Assembly (NCBI RefSeq): GCF_009914755.1 | Contig: NC_060946.1 | Reading direction: 5' to 3' (one strand) | DNA from: the human T2T-CHM13v2.0 reference genome, Homo sapiens | DNA: 64,000 nt | In this document: positions 1 through 23,798 of the stretch, in pieces | Layout of the letters: each line of letters starts with the position of its first letter | Numbering within the stretch: position 1 is the stretch's first letter | The notes under the pieces: model-generated | Told to the model about the DNA's origin: nothing | Database searches by the model: none | What the model saw: only the letters and a program-made list of their open reading frames with translations | Translations under genes and position numbers: made by a program

Positions 1-591
<591 letters not shown>

Positions 592-1169
592 TAAAAGAGC
601 CAGAGAAGCAGGAGGGGTGGGGCTTGAGGAGATTGGAGGAAAGTATTAATAGCTGCTGAGGGCATCAGGAGAAGAAAATTAAACAACCTGTTGCAGGTTT
701 GTCAAGTAGCAGTGTTTGGATTGGATAGGCAGCAGTGTTTAAATTGGATGCTGTAGGTCTGTTGTGGCCTTGGACTGCAGCAGACTGATTTGCTTCTGTG
801 TTTAGAGACGTTTGGATGTGCTCCAGGAGATGGAAACGCTGTGTTAAAGAATGGTGGCCAAAAAAGTAGTTCTTATAGCAGAAAACAGCAAGCAGTTAAA
901 TATGGCTATAGTTAATGATACAGAGGCAGGAGATTATCCTGAAAAGCTTGATGGGTCCCTAACTGATACAAAAACAATATTTTCTTGTGTTGAGAAAGAT
1001 TGAAGTGTGGAGTTGGGTTGAGGACAGTTGTGGGCTTGAAGGGCTTTGGCCTCAGCTCTGTTTATTTGACATCTTCCCCTTTCTAAGCCTGGGTCCTCAT
1101 CTGTAAAATGTTAGGATTGGCATTCTCCAGTCCTTTTGGAATTTTAGAGATTTTTTTCTTGATTTTTAG

Positions 1170-1249
1170 CTGGACCAAGCTGACTGAAAGATTCTTCAAG
1201 AATACACCTTGGCCCGAGGCTGAAGCCATTGCTCCACAGGTTGGCAATG
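1170..1249 (+). CDS. EIF3L: EIF3L exon 4 (80 nt): (S)WTKLTERFFKNTPWPEAEAIAPQVGN(D)
   Basis: Acceptor tttttag|C, donor G|gtaggt; peptide visible in ORF 1108..1308. Confidence 0.96.
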
Positions 1250-1569
1250 GTAGGTGTGAGCTCTTTATATCTTGTGCACTGAGCGGAATCCAGTGGCTGA
1301 GTCATTAGACAGGAAGCTCAAGAGGGTCTGTGTCTGTTTTGCTCACCATTTTGTTTCCTTGGTGCTTGGTATGTAGTAGGTCCTTGGCAAAATAACTTGT
1401 CGAAGGCTGGATGATTTAAGAGAGGACAGAGATCTCTCATATATGGTGAAATTTAGATCTTTGTACTGACTTGTTTCTATTTCCTTCTATAATTTGGGGG
1501 TCATTACAGTCACTCTGGAATAAGCTCTCTAGCTTCCCACCTTTGACTTTCTTAGATGATGTCCTTTAT

Positions 1570-3116
<1,547 letters not shown>

Positions 3117-3120
3117 CTAA

Positions 3121-3351
<231 letters not shown>

Positions 3352-4285
3352 TGATTTTGAACTCCTGACCTCAAATGATCCACCCGCCTCAGCCTCCCAA
3401 AGTGCTGGGATTACAGGCATGAGCCACTGCACCTGGCCTGAACATTTACTCTCAATTGACTAAACACAGAATGAGTTCAAAACTCATTCTGTGGCTGGGT
3501 GTCGTAGCTCACGGCTGTAATTCTGGTACTTTGGGAAGCTGAGGTGGGAGGATTTCTTGAGGCTGGGAGATTTAGACTAGCCTGAGCAACATAGGGAGAC
3601 CCCCTTCTCTACAAAAAATTTTTTAAAAAAATTATCCAGGCATGGTGGCACATGCCTGTAGTCCCACCTACTCGGGAGGCTGAGGTGGAAGGATCACTTG
3701 AGCCCTGGAAGTCGAGGCTGCAGTGAGCCATGATCATATCACTGCACTCCAACCTTGGCAACAGAGCGAGACCCTGTCTTCAAACAAACAAACAACATTC
3801 TGAAATTAATATTTTCTTTCTTCCTTTTTTTTTTTTTTTTTTTTTTTTTTTGACATGGGGGTCTCACTGTGTTGCCCATGCTGGAGTGTAGTGTGATAAT
3901 GGCTGACTGCAACCTGTGCCTGCTGGGCTCAAGCGATCCTCCCACCTTAGCCTGCCGAGTAGCTGGGACCATGGGTGCGCACCACCACGCTTGTCTAATT
4001 ACTCTTGTGTGCTGGTTTTTTTATGCACTTGGATGGCAGAAGTCTCTAAATGGTGAAAGGAAATAGATCTGAATGAGATCTTAATCTCATCGACAGAGAT
4101 TGAGGTTGATGGAGTCAAATGAGAAGTGGATTTTCTCATTGCATGTATTCTTGGGGCATATGCATAGCAATTTAGATGTTGTTTAGTCTTCAGAATTACC
4201 TTTATTCCTCCCCACCAAAGAGCTAAAGCTGCCAGGATACCCCAGTTTTATGGTTAGTGAAGCACCCTTCTGCCATCTCTTTCAG

Positions 4286-4347
4286 ATGCTGTCTTCCTGA
4301 TTTTATACAAAGAATTATACTACAGGCACATATATGCCAAAGTCAGT
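4286..4347 (+). CDS. EIF3L: EIF3L exon 5 (62 nt): (D)AVFLILYKELYYRHIYAKVS
   Basis: Acceptor ctctttcag|AT, donor AGT|gtaagt; phase fits neighbouring exons. Confidence 0.96.
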
Positions 4348-4979
4348 GTAAGTATTTAAGTGTCGCAGTTTTTTTTTTGTTTTTGTTTTTTTAACTCTGT
4401 GCTGTTTTTGTCCCTAGAACACAGTCATTTGTTTATATTGGTTCAGTGTCTGGGCATGATTGGCATGTTTTTGAGTTTTAAGAAGCGGTGGAAGGAACAG
4501 TTTAACCCAGAAAGCTGTTCAGACACACTAACGCTATATAACCTATGCATTCTTTTAAATTTCTCTGTCCCCACAATTCTCCTGGACTGGGCAATCACCC
4601 ATGCACTGGTTATAGGCTGCCAGCCTCATAGGATATTTCCAGGTACCTGCTGCTGCTTCTGCTTGGGGTTCTTTTTCCCTTCAGAGCATTGAGCCTCTGT
4701 TTCTCTGAGATGTACATAACACTGTCACTGTATGCCAAGCACAATGCTAGGCACTTAGCACACATCTTCACATATCTAATTCTACTATCAATCGTGCAAA
4801 GTTGGTACCCGAGGTGCCAAGAGGTTACCTTTTCTCAAATTTATCCAGCTAGTAAGTGACAAAACTCCTTGAATCTAGACCAGCTTGTTATAACACCAGT
4901 ATTCTACACATTATCCCAACTTTGGGCACTTGCTAGATTCTGTTCTTCCCGACTTCTAAATTATAGAGTACGTGAAGTT

Positions 4980-5012
<33 letters not shown>

Positions 5013-5013
5013 A

Positions 5014-5125
<112 letters not shown>

Positions 5126-5339
5126 TAGCTGGGATTGCAGGTGCCTGCCACCACACCTGGCTAATTTTTTTGTATTTTTAGTAGAGACGGGGTTTCACTG
5201 TGTTAGCCAGGATGGTCTCCATCTCCTGACCTCGTGTTCCGCCCGCCTTGGCCTCCCAAAGTGCTGGGATGACAGGCGTGAGCCACCACGCCCGGCCTAG
5301 AGTGCCTAAAGTTTCTTAAAATGCCATCTGTACTATTTA

Positions 5340-6770
<1,431 letters not shown>

Positions 6771-7082
6771 GCATGCATGTGTAAGTGAAGGAAATTGGCA
6801 CCAAGATCTCCACCTAAGGAGGTCCTAGTTTCTCACAGTTACTCACCCCTCTTCTCCTTGAGGACCGCTTGATATGGCTAGAACTCCTGCCTTGGCCACA
6901 GGAGCCACTGTCAGTAGTGGTAGGTGGAAAAGTTCTTGCTGCCAGAGTAAGGGGCCATGTTTTTCCGGCATCCCAGCGGGATCTCTGACTACTTTATCTG
7001 ATAGAAAGTAAAGATTCCTGGCCAGGCGCTGTGGCTTACGCCTGTAATCCCAGAACTTTGAGAGGCTAAGGCGGGTGGATCA

Positions 7083-7346
<264 letters not shown>

Positions 7347-7961
7347 TCAGGTACTTTGTGGATATGCTAAGAATCTAGCCATTATGTGTACACTGCTTTT
7401 TTGGGAACACCATGACACCATAGCCCATAGTATAGCTGGTTTTACCACCTCTAATCTCTCTGTTTGGTCTGTAGATGAAGATTCAGCAGAAGCTTATTGA
7501 TGCTGTTATCTTTTTATTAGCTACCAGGACTCCTACATAAATGACCAGTTTTAAGCCCTTGGGAAGCAGTTTTTCATTGAATGTGCTTAGATTGTGCTTA
7601 ATGTATTAAGCACCTTACATAACTTTTATTAAACAGAGACGGGGTCTTGCCATGTTGCCCAGCCTGTTCTCAAACTCCTGGCCTCAGGTGATCAGCCCAC
7701 TTCAGCCTCCCAGAGTGTTGAGATTACAGGCGTGAGCCACTGCGCCCAGCTATATAATCTTACTTCATTGTGACTAGTCAACAATCTTTTGCCCACATTT
7801 TACAGAGATTAAATACCTTGTGAGAACCCCACAGTTAATAAGAGGTGGGACTGACTCCAAAGTTGTGTTTCTTCTCCATCACAAATACATTGCTCATGGT
7901 ATGGTTCCCCAGCTCAGAAACTATCAGTGGTTCTCAGATGCAAGCAACATAAAGACCAGAC

Positions 7962-8159
7962 CAGGGGTCAGCCACCTTCTCTGTGGAGGGTCAGATAATA
8001 AGTATTTTAGTCTCGAGGGCCATGATGGTTTCTGTCAAATCTGTTCAGCTATGTCTTTGTGGCAGTTATCAACAATATGTAATGAGTGGGCATGGCTGTG
8101 TTCCAGTAAAACTTCTTTATTTACAAAACAGGTGGCGGAATAGATTTGCAGGCCCCCTG
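7962..8159. mobile_element. MER58A hAT MITE
   Basis: caggggtcagc...gggtcagataataagtattttag...gggcatggctgtgttccagtaaaac...cccctg. Confidence 0.8.
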
Positions 8160-8584
8160 ACCTAGATGCTTGTTTGGCGTTGGAAGACTGCAACATTCCT
8201 GGCCCGTAGTCTAGTGATGCCCGGTGCAGCATTATCTTCTCTTAACTCCCTAGCCTTCAAGTGCCACGATTTAACTTCTTCGCCTTTGCTAGTGTGGTTT
8301 TTTTCTGAAACACTTTTCCTTCTCTCTGCTTTGCCAGATCATCATCCCTGCTCTGAGGGTCATTTAAGGTCTGTTGCTGTAGAACCTAACCACGTGTTGC
8401 AGTATTCAGTGCGTCAGCCGCTATAGGACTTTCTATCTTCCCTCTCACTTGCATATTTACATAGTAAGAAAGAGAGGACAGATACCAATTCTCTTGTATT
8501 TGTTCACAGCTGTCACAGTATACCATGGGTAAAACACATTAAAATTAAATATCTGTATCTTGATATCTCTTGTTTTCTTTACAG

Positions 8585-8654
8585 GGGGGACCTTCCTTGG
8601 AGCAGAGGTTTGAATCCTATTACAACTACTGCAATCTCTTCAACTACATTCTTA
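8585..8654 (+). CDS. EIF3L: EIF3L exon 6 (70 nt): GGPSLEQRFESYYNYCNLFNYIL(N)
   Basis: Acceptor tttctttacag|GGG, donor A|gtgagt. Confidence 0.96.
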
Positions 8655-8887
8655 GTGAGTCTGAGATTTGGCCAAGAGGGTGTGTGTGGTTATGATGAGG
8701 TTCAGCATTGGCCTCCAGCTTTTTTTTTTTTTTTTTTAAATTAGCAGGATCTTAATGTGTAGGTGGGAAGAGGGGAGGTCTTGTGATTCATGGTCCTTTT
8801 AAGAGAGAAATTACAAAGCATTCTGCAGCCTACAGAATGGGCAGAGTCATTGCTTTGAATCTGACTTTTCTGTGATCTCCTGCACAG

Positions 8888-8961
8888 ATGCCGATGGTCC
8901 TGCTCCCCTTGAACTACCCAACCAGTGGCTCTGGGATATTATCGATGAGTTCATCTACCAG
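8888..8961 (+). CDS. EIF3L: EIF3L exon 7 (74 nt): (N)ADGPAPLELPNQWLWDIIDEFIYQ
   Basis: Acceptor tgcacag|AT, donor CAG|gtatct. Confidence 0.96.
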
Positions 8962-9221
8962 GTATCTGGTCAGCTTCAGCCTAATTTGAAATAACTGGTC
9001 CATGCCAGGAATAGCTGTTACTATTGTTTGTGTAAAAAAGCTGCAGGGTGTAAAAATATCCCCATTGTAGTGTAAAATACCCCATGGCAGTAGACTCCAG
9101 TTTCAGCTGGCTTTCGGAAGAGGCAGGGAAGCCTAAGCACTCCAGATAGGAAGCTGGAAGTCGGATAAGTTCAGCTCCTGACCTTCATCAAGCTCTTACT
9201 AGACCTTGTTAGGTGGTCTGG

Positions 9222-9362
9222 TGGTAAGAACACAGGCTTCACAGGCTTTGGAGCGAGGTGGAAGTGGATTCTAACTTGGGTGCTGCCACCTGCTGGTAGC
9301 TCTGTAACAGTGATGTGCTATTTAAACTCAGAGCCTCACTTTCTTTACCCACACAATGGAAA
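9222..9362 (+). mobile_element. MIR
   Basis: gtggtaagaacacagg...ctgccacc...gagcctcactttc...aatgg resembles the MIR core. Confidence 0.6.
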
Positions 9363-9515
9363 TGTTCTATTATCTTTTTTTTTTTAAGAGTCAGGGTCAG
9401 GCCGGGCGCGGTGACTCACGCCTGTAATCCTAGCACTTTGGGAGGCAGAGGCGGGCAGATCACGAGGTCAGGAGATCAAGACCATCCTGGCTAACACGGT
9501 GAAACCCCGTCTCTA

Positions 9516-9706
<191 letters not shown>

Positions 9707-10012
9707 TCACTCTGTTGCTCAGGCTAGAGTGCAGTGATAATAGCTTACTGCAGCCTAGAACTCCTGGGTTCAAGTGATTTTCCCACCTCAGCCACCTGAG
9801 TAGCTGCCACTACAAGGCCCACACCAACTTACGTGGATATTTATATTACTGTAGAGACGAGGGTCTTGCTGTGTTGCCCATGCTGGTGTTGAACTCCTGG
9901 CCTCAAGTGAGCCTCTTGACTTGGCCTCCCAAAGTGAGCCACCATGCCTAGCCATCTATATCTTGATTGTGGTGGTGGTTACTTAAGTGTATGCTCGATC
10001 AGAATACAATAG

Positions 10013-10532
<520 letters not shown>

Positions 10533-10917
10533 CTAAAACGGATTGCTGCGAATGTTGCTGAGATACTACGTATAGAGTGTTTAGCATAGTGCCTGTCACA
10601 GAATAATTAATACACGTTGCCTGTTGATTGTGATGATGTTCAATGTCATCATTATTCTTTTCCATCTTATTTAGCCCAGTCCTTCTATTTAAAAATACAG
10701 ATTGCTCACAACTGTAATCCCAGCATTTTTGGGGTCCAAGGCAGTAGGATCGCTTCAGTCCAGGAGTTCGAGAAATAGAGACTACAAAACATAAAATAGG
10801 CTGGGCGTGGTGGCTCACGCCTGTAATCCCAACACTTTGGGAGGCCTAGGTGGGCAGATCACGAGGTCTGGAGATGGAGACCATCCTGGCCACAATGGTG
10901 AAACCCCATCTCTACTA

Positions 10918-11160
<243 letters not shown>

Positions 11161-12181
11161 TTATTTCAGGATAAATTGGTATCTTAATAAAGATGTTATT
11201 AGAACTCCGTGAACCAGGGAGACGTTGTGTATACAAAGTGCTGAACCGTTACGAGTGGTGAGCTGAGAAACCTTCATAGTGCTCCTTGAGAAGGAGGCTT
11301 CCTGCTCAAGATTAGGCTTCAGTGCCTTTCATAGCAAAGGCCACAAACCGTACTGGCCTTGTTTGCCCTCTGGCTCCTTGGCTTGTGTCATCCTTTTATT
11401 TGGAATATTTATAGATGAATAGCAGTCTTTTTGACTTAGAGCAAGTGAAGAAGGATCATCCGTGCTGATTTTCTTTATCCCTCTTAAGATAATCATAATT
11501 CCCTGGGCTTAGCCAGTGTTGTTGTTAAGGGGCTTACGGTGCTTTCTAACAAAGACTGTCCAGTGAGGGTCAGTAAGTGGCTGGTGTATTTCGTCCTGGC
11601 CAGGTAGATGCCACATGGGGTAGGTGGCTCTTCCTCGCCACCCTGTTTTATTTATTTGTTTTTGTTTTTTCAAACTACAGATATAGTGAAAGTGCCTGCC
11701 TTGCTTGCTTTTGCAGAGGTATCAATTACTGTCTGGAAGGAAAGGCACCTTGTTGATGTTTCTCAGGCACTTACATAAACATGACTGTATAAAGAGAGAT
11801 CACTTCAAAAATGGTTACGTACTCTATTGTGCCATTTACTGTGACTTGTTAACACACTTAAACCATATTTTCATAGACCTGACTTGCTCTTTTGCTGCAG
11901 TGTGCGTGATATGGATATACCATGCCTCTGATGATGAACCTTTGGGTTGTCAGTTTCCACAATTACAGGCAGTGAATCAGTGAATATCCATATATATGTT
12001 GTACACAGGCATATTTTTAGGGATCACTACCTAGAAGTAGAATTGTGGATTGAACGATACTTGCTTTTTAAGTTTTTTTAAATCAGCTTACTGAGGTATA
12101 GTTTATTTTTTTAAGTAGAGATGAGCCACCAGCTCGCGCCTGTTAATCCCAGCTCTTTGGGAAGCCAAGGCGGGTGGATCA

Positions 12182-12553
<372 letters not shown>

Positions 12554-12991
12554 TCACTTTGAATTATAATAAATAGTAATATATTGTCCCACCAATGGGC
12601 TGTATCAAATTGTGTTACTACCAGCGGTGTTTGAGAGCAACTGTTGGTTTTTTTGTTTCTTTGTTTAAGAGATGGGGGTCTTGCCTTTATGGTCCAGGCT
12701 GGAGTGCAGTGGTGTGATCATAGCTCATTGCAGCCTTGACCTCCTGGGCTCAAGCAATCCCCCCACCTTAGCCTCCTGAGTAGCTCGGACTACAGGTGCA
12801 CCCAGTTGATTTTTAATTTGTTGCAGAGATGGGGTCTTGAAATCCTGGGATAAAGCAATTCTCCCTGCTCAGCCTCCAAAAGTGCTGGGATTACAGGCGT
12901 GAGCCACCATGCCTAGCCAAGACCAACTGTTTTCTGTACTGGATATTATCAGTCTGTCTAATTTTTGTCAGTTCAATGGGAAAGAAATTCT

Positions 12992-15045
<2,054 letters not shown>

Positions 15046-15802
15046 CTGATCTCTGCTGGAAGAGTTGAAGAACAGTCTTAGATCTTCTAAGACCTAGGTT
15101 TTAGGTCTGTGATTTCCAAACCTGATGCACACCAGATTCAACCAGAGAACTTTAAAAAATTGAGTAGGTAGGTCTGTTGTGTTCCATCTGTGTGACTGCT
15201 GGAGCCAGGCCAGGAGTGCTTCCAGGTTCTACTTCTGTCCCAAACAGATTCCTGTGGCATATCTTCTCTGTGTTCGTTGTGCTTGGCCAGACGACTCTGG
15301 TTGAGAGTGGTAGAGAGGTGACATAGTCTGGGAACTGATGGTCAGCTGTGGTAGGGAAGGCTCACACGTGCAGATACCTATTACCACATCACTGCCCATA
15401 ACCCAGGGCGTACCACAGTCTAGCTGCATCTGAATAGATGGTACAAGAGCCCCTGTGGTGTTTCTGGTGGCCCGGTCAACTGCATTGTGAGGCCCAGAGA
15501 CAGGAAGTGACTTTGGGTTGTGTTTGACTCCAGATTGGATGTTTTTACCACAGACTACCTCTAATCCTAGAGATTTTTACTTCACTGTGTAGTAAGTAAC
15601 ATTCAGTAATGAACAGAATTCACAGTTTAGTCAAGATGGCTTTGAAAAACAGTGTACGGAATGGTTTAGAATGAGAAGTGGTCATCTCACCCTCACCTTG
15701 CCCCATCCAGAGCCAGAGCATTGCCTCGTTTTCAGCATTGTGGACATGGATGATCACTTTGGGCTTATACCACTACTGCATGTTTCTTTTCTTCCTCAAC
15801 AG

Positions 15803-15974
15803 TTTCAGTCATTCAGTCAGTACCGCTGTAAGACTGCCAAGAAGTCAGAGGAGGAGATTGACTTTCTTCGTTCCAATCCCAAAATCTGGAATGTTCATAG
15901 TGTCCTCAATGTCCTTCATTCCCTGGTAGACAAATCCAACATCAACCGACAGTTGGAGGTATACACAAGCGGAG
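15803..15974 (+). CDS. EIF3L: EIF3L exon 8 (172 nt): FQSFSQYRCK...LEVYTSG(G)
   Basis: Acceptor cttcctcaacag|TTT, donor G|gtgagt; peptide in ORF 15671..16243. Confidence 0.96.
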
Positions 15975-16244
15975 GTGAGTGCAGCAGGCCGACAGCCGTG
16001 GCCTGCGAATTTCCAGCTGCTTGCCATCTGTTCCAAATGAATAGATCACTGCAAGGAGAGCAGATGAGTCACCATGTCTTAGGTGGTGGTCTGTTGACTC
16101 TTTGTAGGTGCTTGAGTACAAACAGTAGCAGAGTATTTGTGCTGGGGGCTCTGGGGCTTGGGAGTCCATTGGCCAACAGACTGAACCAGCACATTGAGAT
16201 TTGCGTTTGTAAACACTTCTGTGTCTCCAGTGCTTTTGTTTAGA

Positions 16245-19720
<3,476 letters not shown>

Positions 19721-19996
19721 GTATTTTACTGATGAGAGGGGCCTTTGCATGTGTTGGGACCAAAAAAAAAATAAGCAAAATGAACTGCCATCCTGTAAGC
19801 AAATATTGGTAAATCGAAGATTAGCATAAGATTGGTTTTGCTGTTTCTTGGTATTCCTTTGAAGTTATTCCCCAGTTGTTGAGGGAAGCTTTCAAGGCTG
19901 GCAGTAGGTGAGATGCCTACTGAGTAACATTCAGAGGTCAGGTGTGCCTGCCTTTACCTGCCTCCTATCAGTATTCACGGTGTCTGTCTCTTTCAG

Positions 19997-20151
19997 GTGA
20001 CCCTGAGAGTGTGGCTGGGGAGTATGGGCGGCACTCCCTCTACAAAATGCTTGGTTACTTCAGCCTGGTCGGGCTTCTCCGCCTGCACTCCCTGTTAGGA
20101 GATTACTACCAGGCCATCAAGGTGCTGGAGAACATCGAACTGAACAAGAAG
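19997..20151 (+). CDS. EIF3L: EIF3L exon 9 (155 nt): (G)[10 protein letters not shown]...ENIELNKK
   Basis: Acceptor ctctttcag|GT, donor AAG|gtgatg; peptide in ORF 19942..20205. Confidence 0.96.
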
Positions 20152-20317
20152 GTGATGCCTATTGCCTCTGGCCCCTCTTGCCAGAGCCAGAATATCTATT
20201 TCTAGAGAACCACTCTGATCTCTTAGGACAAATTTCCAGGAGAGGAAAGAGGACTGTTCCCTCAGGCCATTGAAAGTTGAGACTAAAACTGGGCAAACAG
20301 CTGTGGTAAAAAGCTAG

Positions 20318-20550
<233 letters not shown>

Positions 20551-20898
20551 TAGTAGAGTTGGGGTTTCACCGTGTTGGCCAAGATGGTCTCGATCTCCTG
20601 ACCTCGTGATCCGCCTACCTCGGCCTCCCAAAATGCTGGGATTACAGGCGTGAGCCACCATGCCTGGCCCATGGCAGCTCTTTGCTCTTCACATTTTGCT
20701 AAAGGATTGAGAAGGCCAGACGCAGTGGCTCACACCTGTAATCCCAGCAGTTTGGGAGGCTGAGGCAGGTGGATTACTTGAGGTCAGGAGTTCGAGACCA
20801 GCCTGGCCAACATGGTGAAACCCTGTCTCTGTTGAAAATACAAAAAAAAAAAAAACTAGCTGGGTATGGTGGTGGGCACTTGTAATCCCAGCTACTCA

Positions 20899-21066
<168 letters not shown>

Positions 21067-21467
21067 TTAGCTGTTGTGTTCTTCCTAACCACAGAAAAAT
21101 ATTACAGATAATTTTTATTTGGTGTTTGGCTCATGTGCATGTATGTGTTTCTGTCTTCCCTGTCCAAAAGGACTTAATTGAAAAAGCAAGGAAAAATAAC
21201 AAAACTGAGATGTATAGCATTTTAGAGCTGAAGGAGATTTTAGGGATTACCTGATCCAGAACCTTCTTGTTTACAGCTAAAAAAATGGATTCCTCAAAAC
21301 ATACAACTTAATTGATGAATAGGAAGATCCGCTCTCAAACTCTGGGACTCCAGAGCTTCCTCTGGATAGTTGAGGGCCTCTGCAGGGAAAACTCTTGGTG
21401 TTTCTACCTCTGGTTCTATCTAGGATGAATTGGGACTCATGAATGTTTGTTCTACCTCCTTCTACAG

Positions 21468-21638
21468 AGTATGTATTCCCGTGTGCCAGAGTGCCAGGTC
21501 ACCACATACTATTATGTTGGGTTTGCATATTTGATGATGCGTCGTTACCAGGATGCCATCCGGGTCTTCGCCAACATCCTCCTCTACATCCAGAGGACCA
21601 AGAGCATGTTCCAGAGGACCACGTACAAGTATGAGATG
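21468..21638 (+). CDS. EIF3L: EIF3L exon 10 (171 nt): SMYSRVPECQ...TTYKYEM
   Basis: Acceptor ccttctacag|AGT, donor ATG|gtaagg; peptide in ORF 21447..21875. Confidence 0.96.
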
Positions 21639-22622
21639 GTAAGGGGGACTCTGCCTGCCACCAGTGGCCTTTCTAATCAGGGGGATCCTTGGCACCTATG
21701 CCAACCATTCTTGGTAAACACCATCCAAAATATTGCACTTTTAAGCCAGGAGTTCAAGACTGTAGAGCGCTCTGTGATTGTGCCTACTAATAGATCACCC
21801 AGCTGGAGTGCAGTGACGCAGTCACAGCTCACGTCAGCCTCAACCTCCTGGGATCAGGCGATCATCCTACCTTAGTCTTCCGAATAGCTGGGCTTAAAGG
21901 CGCACACAACAACACCGGCTAATTTTTTTTTTTTTTTTTTTTTTTTTTTGAGACGAAGTCTCTGTCACCCAGGCTGGAGTACAGTGGTGCAATCTCAGCT
22001 CACTGCAACCTCCGCTTCCTGGGTTCAAGTGATTCTCCAGCCTTAGCCTCCTGAGTAGCTGGGACTACAGACGCGTGCCACCATGTCCAGCTAATTTTTG
22101 TATTTTTAGTAGAGATGGGGTTTCACTATTTGGCCAGGCTGGTCTCGAACTCCTGACCTCAGGCGATCCATCCACCTCAGCCTCCCAAAGTGCTGGGATT
22201 ACAGGCGTGAGCCACCACGCCCAGCCAAAATGAACTTTTAATGGCTAGCATACTCTTAGGAGTTTCTGTTGTGATGCCTGTTACCTCAGATCATTAACAT
22301 CTTGATGATAAGGACTTGATGATAATATCTTTTGTTTCAGTTATATCCTCCAGCAGTGCCTACATTTATTTATTCAGCATCAGTATGCTGAGTGTTCACT
22401 GGGTTCTAAATGTTTTGATATAAGGTGTGGATATTGGTGGGAAGGAGGATGGGTTCAAGAATTGGGAGGAGCTTCCTAGGCAGAGAATATCATGAGCAAA
22501 GTGGTTGAGACTTGAAAGTGTGGTGATGCAGCCGCACAATAAACTGTTCTGGCTGGAGGGCAAGTAGGTAGTAGGAATTGGGTTATTAGATTCTGAGAAC
22601 CTTCATTAACCCAGGTAAAGTA

Positions 22623-22950
22623 TAGTCCTGTGTCATTTGATGCTGCAGATACATTCTGAGAAATGCATCATTTGGTGATTTTGTTGTGTGAACATCATAG
22701 AATGTACTTACACAAACCTAGATGGGATAACCTACTACATACCCGGGCTACATGGTATAGCCTATGGCTCCTTGGCTACAAACGTCTAGAACATATTACT
22801 GTACTGAATACCATAGGCAGTTGTAACACAAAGGTATTTGTGTATCTAAGATACAGTAAAAATACAGGATTATAATCTTGCAGGATCACCATCCTATATG
22901 TGGCCCATGGCCCGTTGTTGACTGAAACGCTGTTGCACGGCACATTACTA
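22623..22950 (+). mobile_element. Tigger3a/MER7A-type (GOLEM) DNA transposon
   Basis: gatacattctgagaaatgcatc...cacaaacctagatgg...ggtatagcctat...cacattacta matches the remembered consensus; TA before the start. Confidence 0.8.
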
Positions 22951-23300
22951 TTTAGTCTATATTTCTGTCGTCATCAAGGTTGCATCAAAGGTTTTGGGTA
23001 ACTCGATCCTAACTGTGTAAAAGGATTGACCTGCTAGTGATGTGTGGGACAAACTGGAGAGACTAAGACAGAGGTGCCAGTAAGGAATCCAGAAGATGGC
23101 TAAGGAGGATCTGGAGCTAGGATGGAAGTTAGGTAGATCTAGAGGGAGGATTGGAAGAGATGTTGGGGAAGTTCAATGGCTGGTATGAAACAACTGGGTA
23201 AGTCAAAGATCTGTGCAGAGAATGGTGAGGCCAGTTGGCAGTGGGGACCTCAGGAAGTCCGTCTCATTTGACCCAGTACCACTCTCCACCCCATCCCCAG

Positions 23301-23798
23301 ATTAACAAGCAGAATGAGCAGATGCATGCGCTGCTGGCCATTGCCCTCACGATGTACCCCATGCGTATTGATGAGAGCATTCACCTCCAGCTGCGGGAGA
23401 AATATGGGGACAAGATGTTGCGCATGCAGAAAGGTGACCCACAAGTCTATGAAGAACTTTTCAGTTACTCCTGCCCCAAGTTCCTGTCGCCTGTAGTGCC
23501 CAACTATGATAATGTGCACCCCAACTACCACAAAGAGCCCTTCCTGCAGCAGCTGAAGGTGTTTTCTGATGAAGTACAGCAGCAGGCCCAGCTTTCAACC
23601 ATCCGCAGCTTCCTGAAGCTCTACACCACCATGCCTGTGGCCAAGCTGGCTGGCTTCCTGGACCTCACAGAGCAGGAGTTCCGGATCCAGCTTCTTGTCT
23701 TCAAACACAAGATGAAGAACCTCGTGTGGACCAGCGGTATCTCAGCCCTGGATGGTGAATTTCAGTCAGCCTCAGAGGTTGACTTCTACATTGATAAG
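23301..23798 (+). CDS. EIF3L: EIF3L exon 11 (498 nt): INKQNEQMHA...VDFYIDK (PCI-domain region)
   Basis: Acceptor ccatccccag|ATT, donor AAG|gtatgc; peptide in ORF 23235..23834. Confidence 0.97.

Noticed and set aside
15803-15808. Possible in-frame alternative acceptor 6 nt into exon 8 (cag|TTTCAG|)
   Set aside because: Sequence-plausible, but the first AG after the pyrimidine tract is normally chosen and there is no supporting evidence here.
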